A stretch of 51,262 bases of DNA, counting the filler, from Catajapyx aquilonaris (lineage: Eukaryota), in the NCBI GenBank assembly GCA_000934665.2. It is 2 parts of 2 records of this genome, joined end to end, with 100 filler letters (N's around TTAATTAATTAA, not from the genome) between each part and the next. Parts side by side here need not be neighbours in the genome. Positions count along the whole stretch, not along the records: positions 1 to 25,590 come from JYFJ02005338.1; positions 25,691 to 51,262 come from JYFJ02005339.1. The stretch is one strand, 5' to 3'. Below, one piece after another: positions 21,001 to 32,374 of the stretch. Position 1 is the first letter of the stretch, and each line of letters starts with the position of its first letter. The notes under the pieces are model-generated. The model did not search any database. It was not told the DNA's origin and worked only from the letters and a program-made list of their open reading frames with translations. The translations under genes were made by a program, and so were the position numbers.

Positions 21001-21251
21001 GCTATACTTGATCCCAAATTGATTCACCTCGAGAGAAATTCCCTGTCCTTTTCATCGAATGTAGCGTTCTTGAGACCATCGTCTCCTCTGCCATTTTGTA
21101 AGATGTCCTCGACAGGAGAAGAGCTCAAGTCGCTCAGGTCACGGCTCAAGTTCCTGAGACCATCGTCACCTCTACCATTTTGTGTGAGGTCCTCGACAGA
21201 AGAAGAGCTCTCCTCCATCCGGATTCCAAATTTTTGTACATTAATAGACAT
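15027..21251 (-). CDS. C10orf67-like (DUF4709-type) coiled-coil protein, 13 exons, about 986 aa
   Basis: Exons 21251-21028, 20892-20746, 20584-20467, 19619-19528, 19418-19265, 19153-19007, 18795-18589, 18268-18068, 17299-17235, 17065-15944, 15772-15550, 15476-15315, 15125-15027; all GT-AG, phase-consistent, 2961 nt. LQIGYPCTSTYTQTEEGIVDVKQ..SMKADLDF..EGYLEES..VFTKL..MRKGFRRQ resembles the recalled DUF4709 pattern (LKxGFFxTDHATQTD..VKE..SLQVDFGF..EDRLKEE..LFT.L..MRKSF.QQ). Family call is from memory; the start codon is tentative. Confidence 0.8.
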
Positions 21252-22186
21252 AAATTTCGTTTCTATGGATATTACAGTATGAACACATGCTCGTGTCAGA
21301 CCTCACTTTTGTATTTTTTAAATGTTGTATGAGCGTGCATGCACAATAAAAGACTGATCAGATGTAACGCAGAGCTGTAATTCCAGCTTGCCTTACTCCG
21401 GTTGGGAGATTCATAAATATACATTTTTAATGTCGTAAGACATAAGGTAAATAATTATCCTTGCCACTCTGAATCCCGCTATAATATTCGCCATGAATAC
21501 TCGGTTGCCTGCTGAGTCGTTTCCCTTTTTACCCTTGGGAGTAATATTGCAATATAAGCTTCCGATCCAGTTGACACTTGGACACTTGACCTTCAGAGGT
21601 CATGTGGCGCCATATATATCCATTAATCGGAATAATTACGGAACTTCTTGACATCTTGTACGTTCAAATGTCAGATATGAACACTGAGCAGTAAAAGGAA
21701 GAGCAAGGACAGAAATATTATTTTCTTCCTCCCAAAGAAACGGTCGATAGCAACAGCAGCATCAGCAATAACAGCAACAGAAATTGTATGCAAGGTCCTA
21801 ATCCTCCCGAGTCACATTGTAAAAAATAAAACACCATACTTTGCTACTTCGACGCATAATTTATTCTTTCCTAAATGTTTATGGGGGTCGATCCTAAATT
21901 CTCCGTCAATTCTAGTAGGCCTAGTGAATTAACGGGATCCATCAATTATTTTTTTTCTTAATCAAATATGAGTGGCGATTCTCAGCATGTTTCAGTGGAT
22001 GACATGCTGTTCGGTTTAAGAGATGCTGTGAGGCAAAGTTAACACACTGCGAGTACAGGTTGTGGCGCATTATTCCTCGCAGGAAAGGGTCAGTTTCCAA
22101 CTCCGAAGCAAATAACATTGGTGTCGACGAAGCATCCACTTGCAGGTAGCTAGTACGGATGTGTGACACTCCGGGAGTTGTGGCTG

Positions 22187-22712
22187 CTACTTGCGGGGAG
22201 AATCGCGGCAAAATCTGACGCCATGGATACCTACCGGATGACGCTCATCTTCCTGCAATGGTGAAATTATGTGGATGGTTCAGTTAATCTATATTATTAA
22301 TATCCTACTGTGATGGCGATTCCTCCCGCTGTGTACGGCCTACAGCATTGGAATAAGTGATGTCAAAATTTCTTGCAACAGAGGGTTTTTTTTGTTCCCC
22401 AGTGTAATCATAAGTTACGCAATTACATATTGTAGAGTAGTGTACGTAAATGATTGAAACCTTATAGAGTGGTCAAAGGTGCATTGACTGAAACTCCAAG
22501 CCCTTTTTTTACCAATTTTACGGCAAAATTAATATAAGCATTTTCCCTACCGCGTATCCAGGGGCTATAGGGTGAAGAGTAACCATCCGCTTCCGTATGG
22601 ATTCCCTGAGGAAGCTTTCATCTCGTAAAGATCTGGACGTCTGGGTCAAAAGACGGAATCGCATTTGCCAACACCTTTCGCTGCGCTGTAAAACTTGAGA
22701 GATCCACTCAGC
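22187..22712 (-). CDS. Last two exons of a tandem paralog of the C10orf67-like gene (partial or pseudogene)
   Basis: Exon 22712-22551 (162 nt, AEWISQVLQRSERCWQMRF..RDESFLR..LHPIAP) matches exon 15476-15315 in length, phase and sequence; exon 22252-22187 starts ED.....GI like the terminal exon. Confidence 0.75.
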
Positions 22713-23928
22713 CTGCAAGATGAGCATTTGGTATGGGTTTTTTAATGAAATTAACTAAAAACTAAAAGAGAATTATTTTCCTCGGGCTAGAATAATATTA
22801 ACGTGTCTCTGTATAATAATGGATTTCAATATTATTGTAGGAACGGTAGTCCTATAGTATTTTTAAAAAAGACCAAACAACCTAAAACAACAATATAAAT
22901 TTTTCCGGGTTTTCCTTCTCCGTCCTAATTTTCCCAAAGCATAACTCAAAAACCCTTACAGATAAAGGTTTCACAGTTTGAACACGACTCCTGATCGGCG
23001 TGACGAACGATCCTTTTCCGATCAGGTTATAGCGAATTCCGTCGTACAACGCCAGAAAAAATAAAAATAAAAATTTTATCGGTACTCTCTATAAACTGAT
23101 TTTTCATTTCTTAGCAACGATTAAATTCAAAAATTGTCATTACACCGCCATTATAAAAGAAGCAGATCAATGGCTATATCTAAATGGCTTGTTAGTATAG
23201 AGCCAGATTAGACATGCATATTTAATATTTTTGGTCCATACCTAATTAACTATATCATTATATCCATGTCATTACAATGCATAATAATAATCTGCCAATT
23301 TTCCTTCAGATATACGTTATGACAGCATGTACTGTACCAAGCACATGAATAATAAAAAAATAACTGCCATTATCACAAAACCTTCCATTCTGCAAAAAAA
23401 GGGGGGGGGGTGTAAGACCTCTATGGCGGATAGCAATTAATTAAACGAGACAGGTATGGGTAAGACCTAGCTTCACTAGATTATCATTAAAGGATATCGC
23501 AAGCAATGATACATTACGAAGGGTATGTGTAAAAGCTTTACTAATATGTGAATATGTAATCAGGGTCTTACTCGTGCATTTCTTTATATTATAATTTGCT
23601 AAAAATATTGGATGAGACGTGTATCTTGTCAACCAATGCTGCAAGCCTATGAACTTCAGATATCATTACGAATTATTATAATTATAATATTATTATTAGT
23701 TCTACACATTTAAAGTTAGTCTGAGAAAATCAAAAATTAACTTATCAACCATGGTATGACTATCATGGCGTCTGTATTATAAGTAGGTAGGGGGCATCAT
23801 TGTTTGGTAGGTACTATTTCATTGAATTAATAACGTGGATTGTTTAATCCCAAGTGTTTCAGTACAAATGGAGGTATATTATATATTACAAATTATACAA
23901 ATATAAAAATTATATAAAAAACATTATG

Positions 23929-24272
23929 TAATAATAATAATACTACTACTACTACTACAACTACAACAACAACAACAACAACAACAACATCACGACATTT
24001 CCCTATGAAGGGTAGTCAGCGATGAAGGGAGACGCAAGCTAACCCAACAAATGAACTAATAAAACTCATGAGAATAAACCTAAAAACAACCTGTCCCACC
24101 CACCACCCCTGCCCACCTCAGACATCACCTTATCCTCAGACATATTTACCTATTTACCCATTAATTAACCTACGCCATTTACACCTATCCAAACAAACAA
24201 CCCTAGCCTCAGCCACGTCCATGGTCCTATTGACACAAGAACGTCTCGGCTTAACACTAGCAACACCCTTAA
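23929..24272 (-). mobile_element. 3' end of an RTE-clade LINE with a compound trinucleotide tail
   Basis: Minus strand encodes KGVASVKPRRSCVNRTMDVAEARVVCLDRCKWRRLI (RTE ORF C-terminal DR..WR motif), followed by a (GTT)(GTA)(TTA) microsatellite at 23929-23990. Confidence 0.7.
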
Positions 24273-25455
24273 AGGGACACTCCACTCAAAATACAAGTTG
24301 TGTTCTAAAAATCGGGCAAGAAATCCTGATTCCGAGGGTATAAGCAGTTTTCCTGAGAGACGAACGGTAAGGCCAGGGCGAGCCGTCAAAGTTCGGCAAT
24401 TCGAATCTGGCGCAAAAGAGCAGCGCCTCTCCCGGGTCTGGGCAGACATAGGAAGAGATTTCATCCATCTTTGGCAGGGTCCCCTACATGGTTGCCGGCA
24501 CTCATGGAGGTTACCCTGATCTTTGGTGTGGTATATTTTTCAAAGATGGCGGAATCCGACACTCCACGTGCAGGTCCAAGTCACCTTCTTGACCATGTTC
24601 TTGACGGTACGGCGGCTGTTGCTGAGAGCGACGTACCAGCAGGGCTTCCCAGCCCAAGTCCGCACGTCCTCCTCCCGTACCAATTGAGCCGATGATTTGT
24701 CTTGGGTGCATACGTTGGAGGTAAATTCAGCGCTGCTTTCCATTGGCGCATCAAATGTTCCTTTCGACGCAGAAATGAAAAAAAACTTCGACGATAACCG
24801 TCGTGGATGACGTCATTGATGCGGAGCCGACACACTACACAAAATGCACCATCGCTAGCACCGACATCAGGAGTTCCCTGCCCATCCATCCTGCCTGCTT
24901 CCAAGTACACTAAGATATGCCCATTCGAAAGGGCTGACTCACACATGTCTTTCGCAAGTGCTAAGAGTTTACACATGAGTCACGTTCCTTCCCCACCCGA
25001 AGGTCGCCTTTGTTCGTTGGATCTGCTGGGTAGCAGATGTGAGCCTTTCATAAACAGTCAGGAGCCAGTCTAAACCCTGGCCCGTAAAGTAACAGTGCTG
25101 TGGCGTCGTGGTGAACAGTTTACTGTCCAGGGTAATAGGTAGCATGCCGCCCACGGAAACCCCCTTCAAAATTGGCGCAAACCAACGACCCGACACCCGT
25201 GCGGACCAAATATGGCGTGGACCAAAGAAGGCTGAAATCTTTGGCAATTTCTGCCAAGCCCCGGTTGGCGGCGCGCGCGGAGGGGGCGGACTGGGCCGGG
25301 CGGGCAGCTCTTTTGCGCCAGATTCGAATTTCCGAACTTTGACGGCTCGCCCTGGCCTTACCGTTCGTCTCTCAGGAAATCTGCTTATACCCTCGGAATC
25401 AGGATTTCTTGCCCGATTTTTAGAACACAACTTGTATTTTGAGTGGAATTGACCT
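24273..25455 (-). mobile_element. Non-autonomous Kolobok-like DNA transposon with ~149-bp TIRs and a THAP-domain relic
   Basis: TTAA|AGGGACACTCCACTC terminus; TIRs 24273-24421 and 25307-25455; internal FCVVC...SFFSF..KEHLMRQWKAALNLPPTYAPKTNHRL is THAP-like. Confidence 0.75.
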
Positions 25456-25590
25456 CCGAGTTCATCCTTGGCCACAGGGGGCGTAATGGACTTTCGAACA
25501 CTCTTCTAATAATGAGCAATTGGCAGTAAACATCACCTGTCTTGGGTTACCGCGGCAACCACTGACTGCCCAACGCCATAATATGCCCCC

Positions 25591-25690
25591 NNNNNNNNNN
25601 NNNNNNNNNNNNNNNNNNNNNNNNNNNNNNNNNNTTAATTAATTAANNNNNNNNNNNNNNNNNNNNNNNNNNNNNNNNNNNNNNNNNNNN
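25591..25690. other. Assembly gap with artificial six-frame-stop linker
   Basis: N-run containing TTAATTAATTAA. Confidence 0.97.
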
Positions 25691-25981
25691 GGAAAAACAA
25701 CAATATATACATTCCAGGCTAATAATTCGAGCGTGGGAGGTTTGCAACCCGCCTTCTTACGATCGATTCTACGTATTCGACGGTATAATCAGTTTCCGAC
25801 ACTACACCGAAGGAAGTGCCTCGAAGACCGTGTACTGCACTTCCCAGCTGTGAAAGCACCGCATGTGGTAGGCCTACGCGCGCAGTAACAGAGCAGTCCG
25901 ACCAATAATGCTAACGTTTCGAATTTGGAACTTACATTTCTCCACCAGTGCATACGGCCATTTTTCAATAAGACAGCGCGC

Positions 25982-26232
25982 GGCTGAAGTCAAGTATACG
26001 AAACATTCGCCGAATCAATTAGGAAACAGTACCTGCGGTTTGCCGACCCTTTGATTCGTTGTTTTGCTTCTGGGTTTGAAGTCGGGGAAGTGACCAGAGT
26101 CCCCGGAATTAATAATTCCTCAAGCTTGGTCAGAATACATATGGGGTCATTGTCATGGGTCAGGTCGAATCGTAAGTCGCTAGGTTACGAACAAATTGAT
26201 TCGGCGAATGTCCCGTATACTTGACATGAGCC
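25982..26232. mobile_element. MITE with ~39-bp imperfect TIRs (GGCT...AGCC)
   Basis: ggctgaagtcaagtatacgaaacattcgccgaatcaatt / aattgattcggcgaatgtcccgtatacttgacatgagcc; second copy at 13991-14194. Confidence 0.7.
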
Positions 26233-26712
26233 GGTGGCGAGGGGGGCACAGGTAGGGTGGGAGGAGAAGGGTAAAAGCTGGGTAAAAGGTCCGGCGGGTG
26301 ACGATGACCGAGGCGGGAGAGACCGGGAAAAAAGCGACCTTCACCCACGGAGGTCAACATGCAACTGGACGTGTTCCACCCCCACTGCGCATGCTCGGAA
26401 CGGGGGCCAATCGGAGGCGTCGTGGTAACAATACGTGTTGAATACGACGCAGCAACAATGGACGGGGGCCAATGGGAAGAGGTGGCGGCAACAATACGGG
26501 GGCGGACCAATCAGAGGGCTCGGCCATAGACCGCAAGCATTTTAATATTATAGATTTAAAGCAAGTGGTGGCATTGGACTTGTCTAGACACGAAAGAAAC
26601 AGGTATATATGACCCTTCCTAAAGTTAAAGACAATCATGTTCAGATGGCAGGATGAAATCAAAAATGCAAACAACATTCCACATGCTTGCGTCAAGTGTA
26701 TGTGGTGATTAT

Positions 26713-27075
26713 TATTATTATTATTTTATTTTATTTATTTTTTTCATTACCCCACGGGGGGAGTTATGCTACTCCTTAGGGGGGGTGGGTTACCACCATT
26801 GGAATTTGATTTTTGGAGCGAGTTTAAGAAGATCTTAATTAGTGTACTCCAAGGGTGGGTGGGAGGGGATGTGCAAAGTGCAAGTGCAATGTCTCTAATC
26901 GTCATTTTGTGAACTCCCCCGGGTGGCTTAGTCTATCGGAAATTGCCACCCGAAACGAAGCCAGAGATGGCCCAACTCTGCACGAAAGAAGGTGGGAACC
27001 CCGGGTGGGGATTGAACCCGGGACCTTAACTTCCTTGGGCGCGCGCGTTACCGCGGCGCCACTCCGTCTCCCCAA
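26713..27075 (-). mobile_element. tRNA-derived SINE, full length, 14-bp TSD
   Basis: A-box TGGCGCCGCGGT, B-box GGTTCAATCC, A-rich/(TAA) tail; TSD tatgtggtgattat at 26699 and 27076. Confidence 0.88.
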
Positions 27076-27380
27076 TATGTGGTGATTATGTTAGGCTCAA
27101 ACTCCGAAAACGCTCACTGAGCAAAAAGTCCGACCACACCTGGGTCTGGTCGTTTGCATACCATCCAGGCCTAGGTGTGGTTGTTTCAAAATAGACATAG
27201 ATAGTTCTGGTCGTTACTGCTTATTCATATACCTATGGATATGGAGGCGATGCACATAACAGTGGGGCAGAATATTTAAAAAGCCGGACAAAACTGCAAT
27301 TTTTAAAGTGATGCAGCGCAAACAAATTGTGTTCAGTTTCCGGCACCGGTGTCAGCTTATGCTATTACAGACCGGTCAGC

Positions 27381-27492
27381 GGTCACGATATGAACACAAC
27401 CGAGTGGCCAATTTTATTACAGGAAGGAATACATGCCAGATACATGCAGTTTGTAATAAAATTGGCCACTCGGTTGCATTCGTATAGTGACC
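27381..27492. repeat. Small foldback/MITE
   Basis: ggtcac.ata.gaa..caaccgagtggccaattttattaca and its reverse complement flank a short spacer. Confidence 0.7.
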
Positions 27493-27790
27493 GATCTATA
27501 ATAAATTAATAAGTGATAACGGACGTAATGCATCGGATATAAATTGTGTCAGGAATTGCATCATGTCCATTTGCCACATTGTATTACCCCATTGACTCAA
27601 CCGCATTCTTTCCACTCTTTTTTATGCACCCGCAACCTTGGTATTATCTCTCATAGTACCTTGCGCCAACCCCTATAAATTGGGGCGCGTTTCCAGACTC
27701 GAGGAGAGTTGCTGGTCACTCTCCTTACCCTCCACACCATGGACATAGAAAGTAAGGTCTGGTTACTCCCACCCACCCCCTGCCGGGTCT

Positions 27791-27897
27791 TTTTGCAGGG
27801 GGTGCTCACCTGAGAGCGCCATGAGACATTTCAGAGCCCAGGTAAGTGGCTCTGAAATGTCTCATGGCGCTCTCAGGTGAGCGCACCCCCTGCAAAA
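27791..27897. repeat. Near-perfect 107-bp hairpin
   Basis: ttttgcagggggtgctcacctgagagcgccatgagacatttcagagcc / ggctctgaaatgtctcatggcgctctcaggtgagcgcaccccctgcaaaa. Confidence 0.9.
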
Positions 27898-28409
27898 TGC
27901 CTCGGCAGGCGATAACATCAGAATGTACTATAAGTGTCCGGGGGCTGCTCCACACCTTCCCTGTTTGTTCCTCACGTAACCCCTTTATTACGTAATAAAT
28001 TGCCTTGAAATGTTGAAAATAACCCACGTGTGTTTTCTAATGTGCCCGCTCGGTCACAAAATCAACAAATATGGGAAACGAGTCCTCGTTGGGCGGGCGG
28101 GTCTCACAGCATGCTGGCGTGCACGTTTGTGTTTAGGTGATCATCAAACACACAAGTCTGTGTACTTGTACTGTACATGTCAAACTCCAAAGCTATGGCT
28201 GCTCATGAAGAAAGGTAGGCGAGAAAGTTTTAGGTTTTTGACGATTTCCTAAAAAAGTGTCATGATGTAGCAGTAAATACGTCATGAAAATGAATAATTT
28301 CGGCCCAAATTGCAGAAGTAAAAATATTTTTTACGTATATTTAGTGTTATCGCTTGTAAAGATGAGGACACAAGAATGGTTAGCGCAAAGTTGCGTTATT
28401 TGAAATTAT

Positions 28410-28880
28410 CATTAAATGTGTCCGACCCCCACTGCACAGCAGTCCCAAATTTAAAAGGGGCGCCAAAAGGAAAAGAAATGACATTGTCTTCACCAAATTC
28501 ATGATTCGGGGGTTTTCATAGTCTAGAAATTCAAATCTGTTGTTAAAATTTCAAAATTAAAAATGGCTGGCGCAATATGGCGGACCTCGGAGAGTAAAAC
28601 TCAGTAAAACTACTCAGATAATAATCGAAAATTGGGATTTGGGGGTTTTCCAGGTAGAAGATTTCAAATCTTTGTTCAAATGGTTAAAAATTCAAAATGT
28701 CGGATCCAACATGGCAGACATCTGAGAGTAAATTTGAAATCTTCGACCTCGAAAAGCGCAAATCCCAATTTTTGATTGAAACTTAGTTTTACTCTCACAA
28801 CCAAACTTACTCTTTTTATACCCTCCTAAATTTTGAACATTTTTGGATTTTCTAATTCTGCTTGGCCTATAAGTGTTGTG
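28410..28880. repeat. Degenerate non-autonomous DNA transposon interior
   Basis: Two copies of the gggggtttt...ttcaaatc...caaaatggcggatccaa.atggcgga-type unit common in insect DNA transposons. Confidence 0.45.
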
Positions 28881-29717
28881 CAAACATAACCTCTGCTGCT
28901 AATTTTCACGTCAAAATACAAGGCAAAAGGCGATATTCCGAAGCCTCGTTTACATGTGAACGATTTGATCAGCGATATGCAGCGACGTGAGTTGCAGCGG
29001 CATAGAGTGTTAGCCAGCCCAGTGACACGTACGCGGGTTCGGGGGGCAGTTCCAGGAATTGTATGTATAGACTGTACCGAAATAATAAACACATAAACAT
29101 ACTTGGAAGTTTATTACTGGATGAATATTATACAGTACTTACTTTGAATAAATTGTACTCTCCATTACTGTATACTGCACTATGAAACCCGTTAGGTTGA
29201 AATCCGAATAAGTTGGATACCTCCCTATGTTGGACATTTTAAATGGAACCATCACTGTCCAGTAGAGACAGGTTTTACAATACTAGTATTTGTTGTGCAT
29301 CTGAAGTTAACTTTCTTCATTGCAATAAGTAATTTGATTTAATACGCGAAATAAACTCCGGAACTGCAATACATTAAAGACCAGGGGAGGGGTCCAAGAA
29401 GTGATGACGTCATTTACTCACTTAAAAATATTATGCCGGCTACTATTGCAGGTGCAGTAAAACTTTTGAAGGAAATATTTTGTGCCAAATAGGTTACTCG
29501 TATAATTATAAGAGACACTTTTGAGAAACAGACCCTCGAGGCAGGGCCACCTAGGTGGCCCTGCTCGAGGTCACTATAGGGACAGTGGTCCCATGTGTAT
29601 CCTCCCCATTATAGTTACGTCATTGCCTAGGGACGATATGCGGTATGTTACAGAATTGGCCCTTATTTTAATGTTGAATAAAGGGCTTGAAATGTTTACA
29701 ATTTCGTAACATATAGG

Positions 29718-30163
29718 CAGTGGTGGATTTACCCCCCCCCCCCCNGGCAGTTGAGATCCCCCCCCCCCTCTTCATTCCCCTTAAAAATTCAATTTTTCTC
29801 TTGAGTCCTCTCCTTCATTTTATTTTATTTCATTTAAAAATTTATATTTAAATTTATGGCCGGCCGGCCGCCCTTAGGATTTCCTGCCTAGTGGCAAATC
29901 CGGCGCTGGGAATCCCCGGCGAAAATTTTAAATTTTTAAATGATTTCGCCTTCATTTCCTATTATTGTAGCCTATTTGAAAAATATTTATTGCAATTAGC
30001 GGCCACCCCTATAGCCAATTGCATACTCTGCCTAATGGTAAATCCGGGGCTGCCTCCAGTCGCGTAATTATTTATTATTAATGCTTCGTTCACGTTTTTT
30101 TGTATGCCTATTTGCCGCCCTATAGGCAACTGCCTAGGTTGGCTTGCCGTAAATCCGGCGCTG
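29718..30163. mobile_element. hAT-type MITE
   Basis: TIRs CAGTGGTGGATTTAC / GTAAATCCGGCGCTG; 8-bp TSD catatagg / catatggg; internal repeats of the right end. Confidence 0.75.
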
Positions 30164-30684
30164 CATATGGGAGAATATTATTGATACAATACAGGAGTAG
30201 GGCCTACCTAACTTATTAAGGGCACTTTGTTAATACGACGCTTTCAATATTACAGTATATTCAGTTTAATTATTTTGGTACTTGCCTTGGTCTTACAGTA
30301 TGCTACACGCACACATCAACTGAGCACATTTTAATATATTATTTTTACATTTACATCGTGCAGGGGAGGAATGCCTCTGCATGGTGGCCAATTATCATGT
30401 CTAATATAGAAAACCCATACATATAGAAAAGATAATTATTGTACTTTCCGAACGCCCCTCGTATACGTATGGTGACTCTGGCTCTTTCTTTACTCCATAC
30501 TGCAAGGTGTAGAAAATGTTGGCATGTGTGCGTGTACGTGTTTTTAAAAATTACATGTTAGAAAAATTGCAAGTTTATAACCCTATTACCTCGATAATAA
30601 TCAGGCATTGTTGTAGGATTACCTCGAGGCTTATACATGGTGTTTCTTATTAGTAGGCAGAGTAACCGTTGGCCCAAAAGATGT

Positions 30685-31108
30685 CAAAAATGTAAGGGGG
30701 AAAAATGTCGAGGTATCAACATTACTGATAACGCGATAAACGACTAGACATGTTGGCCTACCCCCTAGACACACTCGGCAACAGGCACAACACCTTTTTG
30801 CAGGGAGATCATCTGACAGATGGATGCCCGCTCACCTTACAATAGTTGCATAGGGAGCAGGTTACGAGCGTGATAATCACTAATGGAAAATATGCTACCT
30901 CACAAAATCACATCAGTAATGGTTATCAGGGTCATATTCTGCTCCCTAGGCAAATATTGTACGTTGAGCAGGTCCATCTACCAGGGGATCTCCCTACAAA
31001 AAGGTGTCGTGTGTGTTGCCGCGTGTGTCTAGGGGTAGCACAATGTGTCTGGTCGTCTACCTCGTTACCAGGTGGTCCCTCTCGACATTTCTCCTCACTA
31101 CATTTTAG
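30685..31108. mobile_element. Foldback MITE with long imperfect inverted arms
   Basis: aaatgtcgag..ctacccctagacacac.cggcaaca..acacctttttg.agggagatc..tagggagcag is mirrored on the right arm. Confidence 0.75.
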
Positions 31109-31323
31109 ACTTCACCTTAAGCCCAGTTTTGGTATCTTTTGAGTTATTTGCACCATTAAGTAGTATTTTTCTGCTCTATTGCGCGGTGAAGTCCATTTAG
31201 TCCTAAAGATTCCTAATGAGCCAGCAAGCCAGGATTTTCTGTCATCACTAGCATGTAAGCAAATGCAAAGCTAAATGTTTGCCTTCGATTACACAGTCCC
31301 CGACTTACGTATATTTGGACATA

Positions 31324-31632
31324 ATTTTTATTTATTTTTATTATTTATATTGCCCCATTGGGAGAATCGGCGCTCCATTAGGGGGGTGGAATGCCACAAT
31401 TTTACCACTCAATTTTTCCTGAAATTTTCCTTCACACATAGATGGGGCCAAGGATAGGGAAGGAAGGAAGCGGCTGTGGCCTATTGTACGGAAGCGACCC
31501 CGGAATTATCCTGGGGGGACCATGGAAAACCACAGAAAACCACAGTCAGGATCGCCCGCCGGCCCCGGGAAGCGAACCCACGACCTCCCAATTAGCAGTC
31601 GGACTCCTTAACCACTACACCAACCTGCTTCG
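31324..31632 (-). mobile_element. tRNA-derived SINE with 15-17 bp TSD
   Basis: ggaaggaagcggctgtggccta...ggaaaaccacagaaaaccacagtcaggat insect SINE core; B-box-like GGTTCGCTTCC; TSD gtatatttggacata. Confidence 0.85.
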
Positions 31633-31647
31633 GTATATTTGGACATA

Positions 31648-32233
31648 CAGTAAAACTTCTATAAGTCGAACTTCCCTAAGGCGAAGTTCTCTATAAGTCG
31701 AAGAAAATGACGAGCTTGGTTGGTCACAATGTAAAAGAATAGGAAATAAACTTCCCTAACTCGAATTTCTATAACTCGAAGTGCTGGCAGGGCCTTTCGA
31801 TGGGATATCAATGCATTTTCAGTCTCCATAAGTCGAAGTTCATGTTGGCGAGTACGGAGAATTTTCTCATTTCCCAGTCGAAGGGTCGAGAGTAGGCCAC
31901 ATGTACAGAAAGGCTCTATATCCTGATCTCCGTCTACCAGACGTACCGAAAGAAGTGTTTGACTCGATTGTGACAATTGAATCTTTGAATCTAAGAGTAA
32001 GGCAAATGTCCATAACAGAGATTTCTTTTGCAACAAAACTATGAGGAACATTGTAAGTATGATATAGTGACAGTTATTTTTAAATTAGGAACACCTTTCG
32101 TCGCTGGATATACAGGTAGGCTTCCTTATAGAGTTATGTGCTTTAAAAAATCCGAACTTCTCTAACTCGAATCTTCTATAACTCGAAGTTTCTTTCAGGT
32201 CCCATGGAGATTCGATTTATAGAAGTTTTACTG
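31648..32233. mobile_element. Tc1/mariner (pogo/Tigger-like) MITE
   Basis: TA|CAGTAAAACTTCTATAAGTCGAA ... TTCGATTTATAGAAGTTTTACTG|TA with repeated ctataa(g/c)tcgaa subterminal motifs. Confidence 0.9.
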
Positions 32234-32316
32234 TAATAAGTGAAACACAACAAAAAATCTGGTAGCGCACAAAGCCGTCAGTTGCTGATGACAACTCCAA
32301 CCTGCCCGTCTATAGA

Positions 32317-32374
32317 CTCATGTGTCAAGTGAGTGATGGAATAAGCTCATTCCCTCACTCACTTGACACATGAG
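32317..32374. repeat. 58-bp hairpin
   Basis: ctcatgtgtcaagtgagtga.ggaat / attcc.tcactcacttgacacatgag. Confidence 0.85.

Noticed and set aside
25635..25646. TTAATTAATTAA palindrome
   Set aside because: Artificial contig-join linker inside an N-run
13991..26190. 12-kb giant transposon bounded by ~200-bp inverted repeats enclosing the C10orf67-like genes
   Set aside because: The right copy is itself a self-contained MITE with its own TIRs, the left copy is a truncated member of that family, and an assembly gap lies between them
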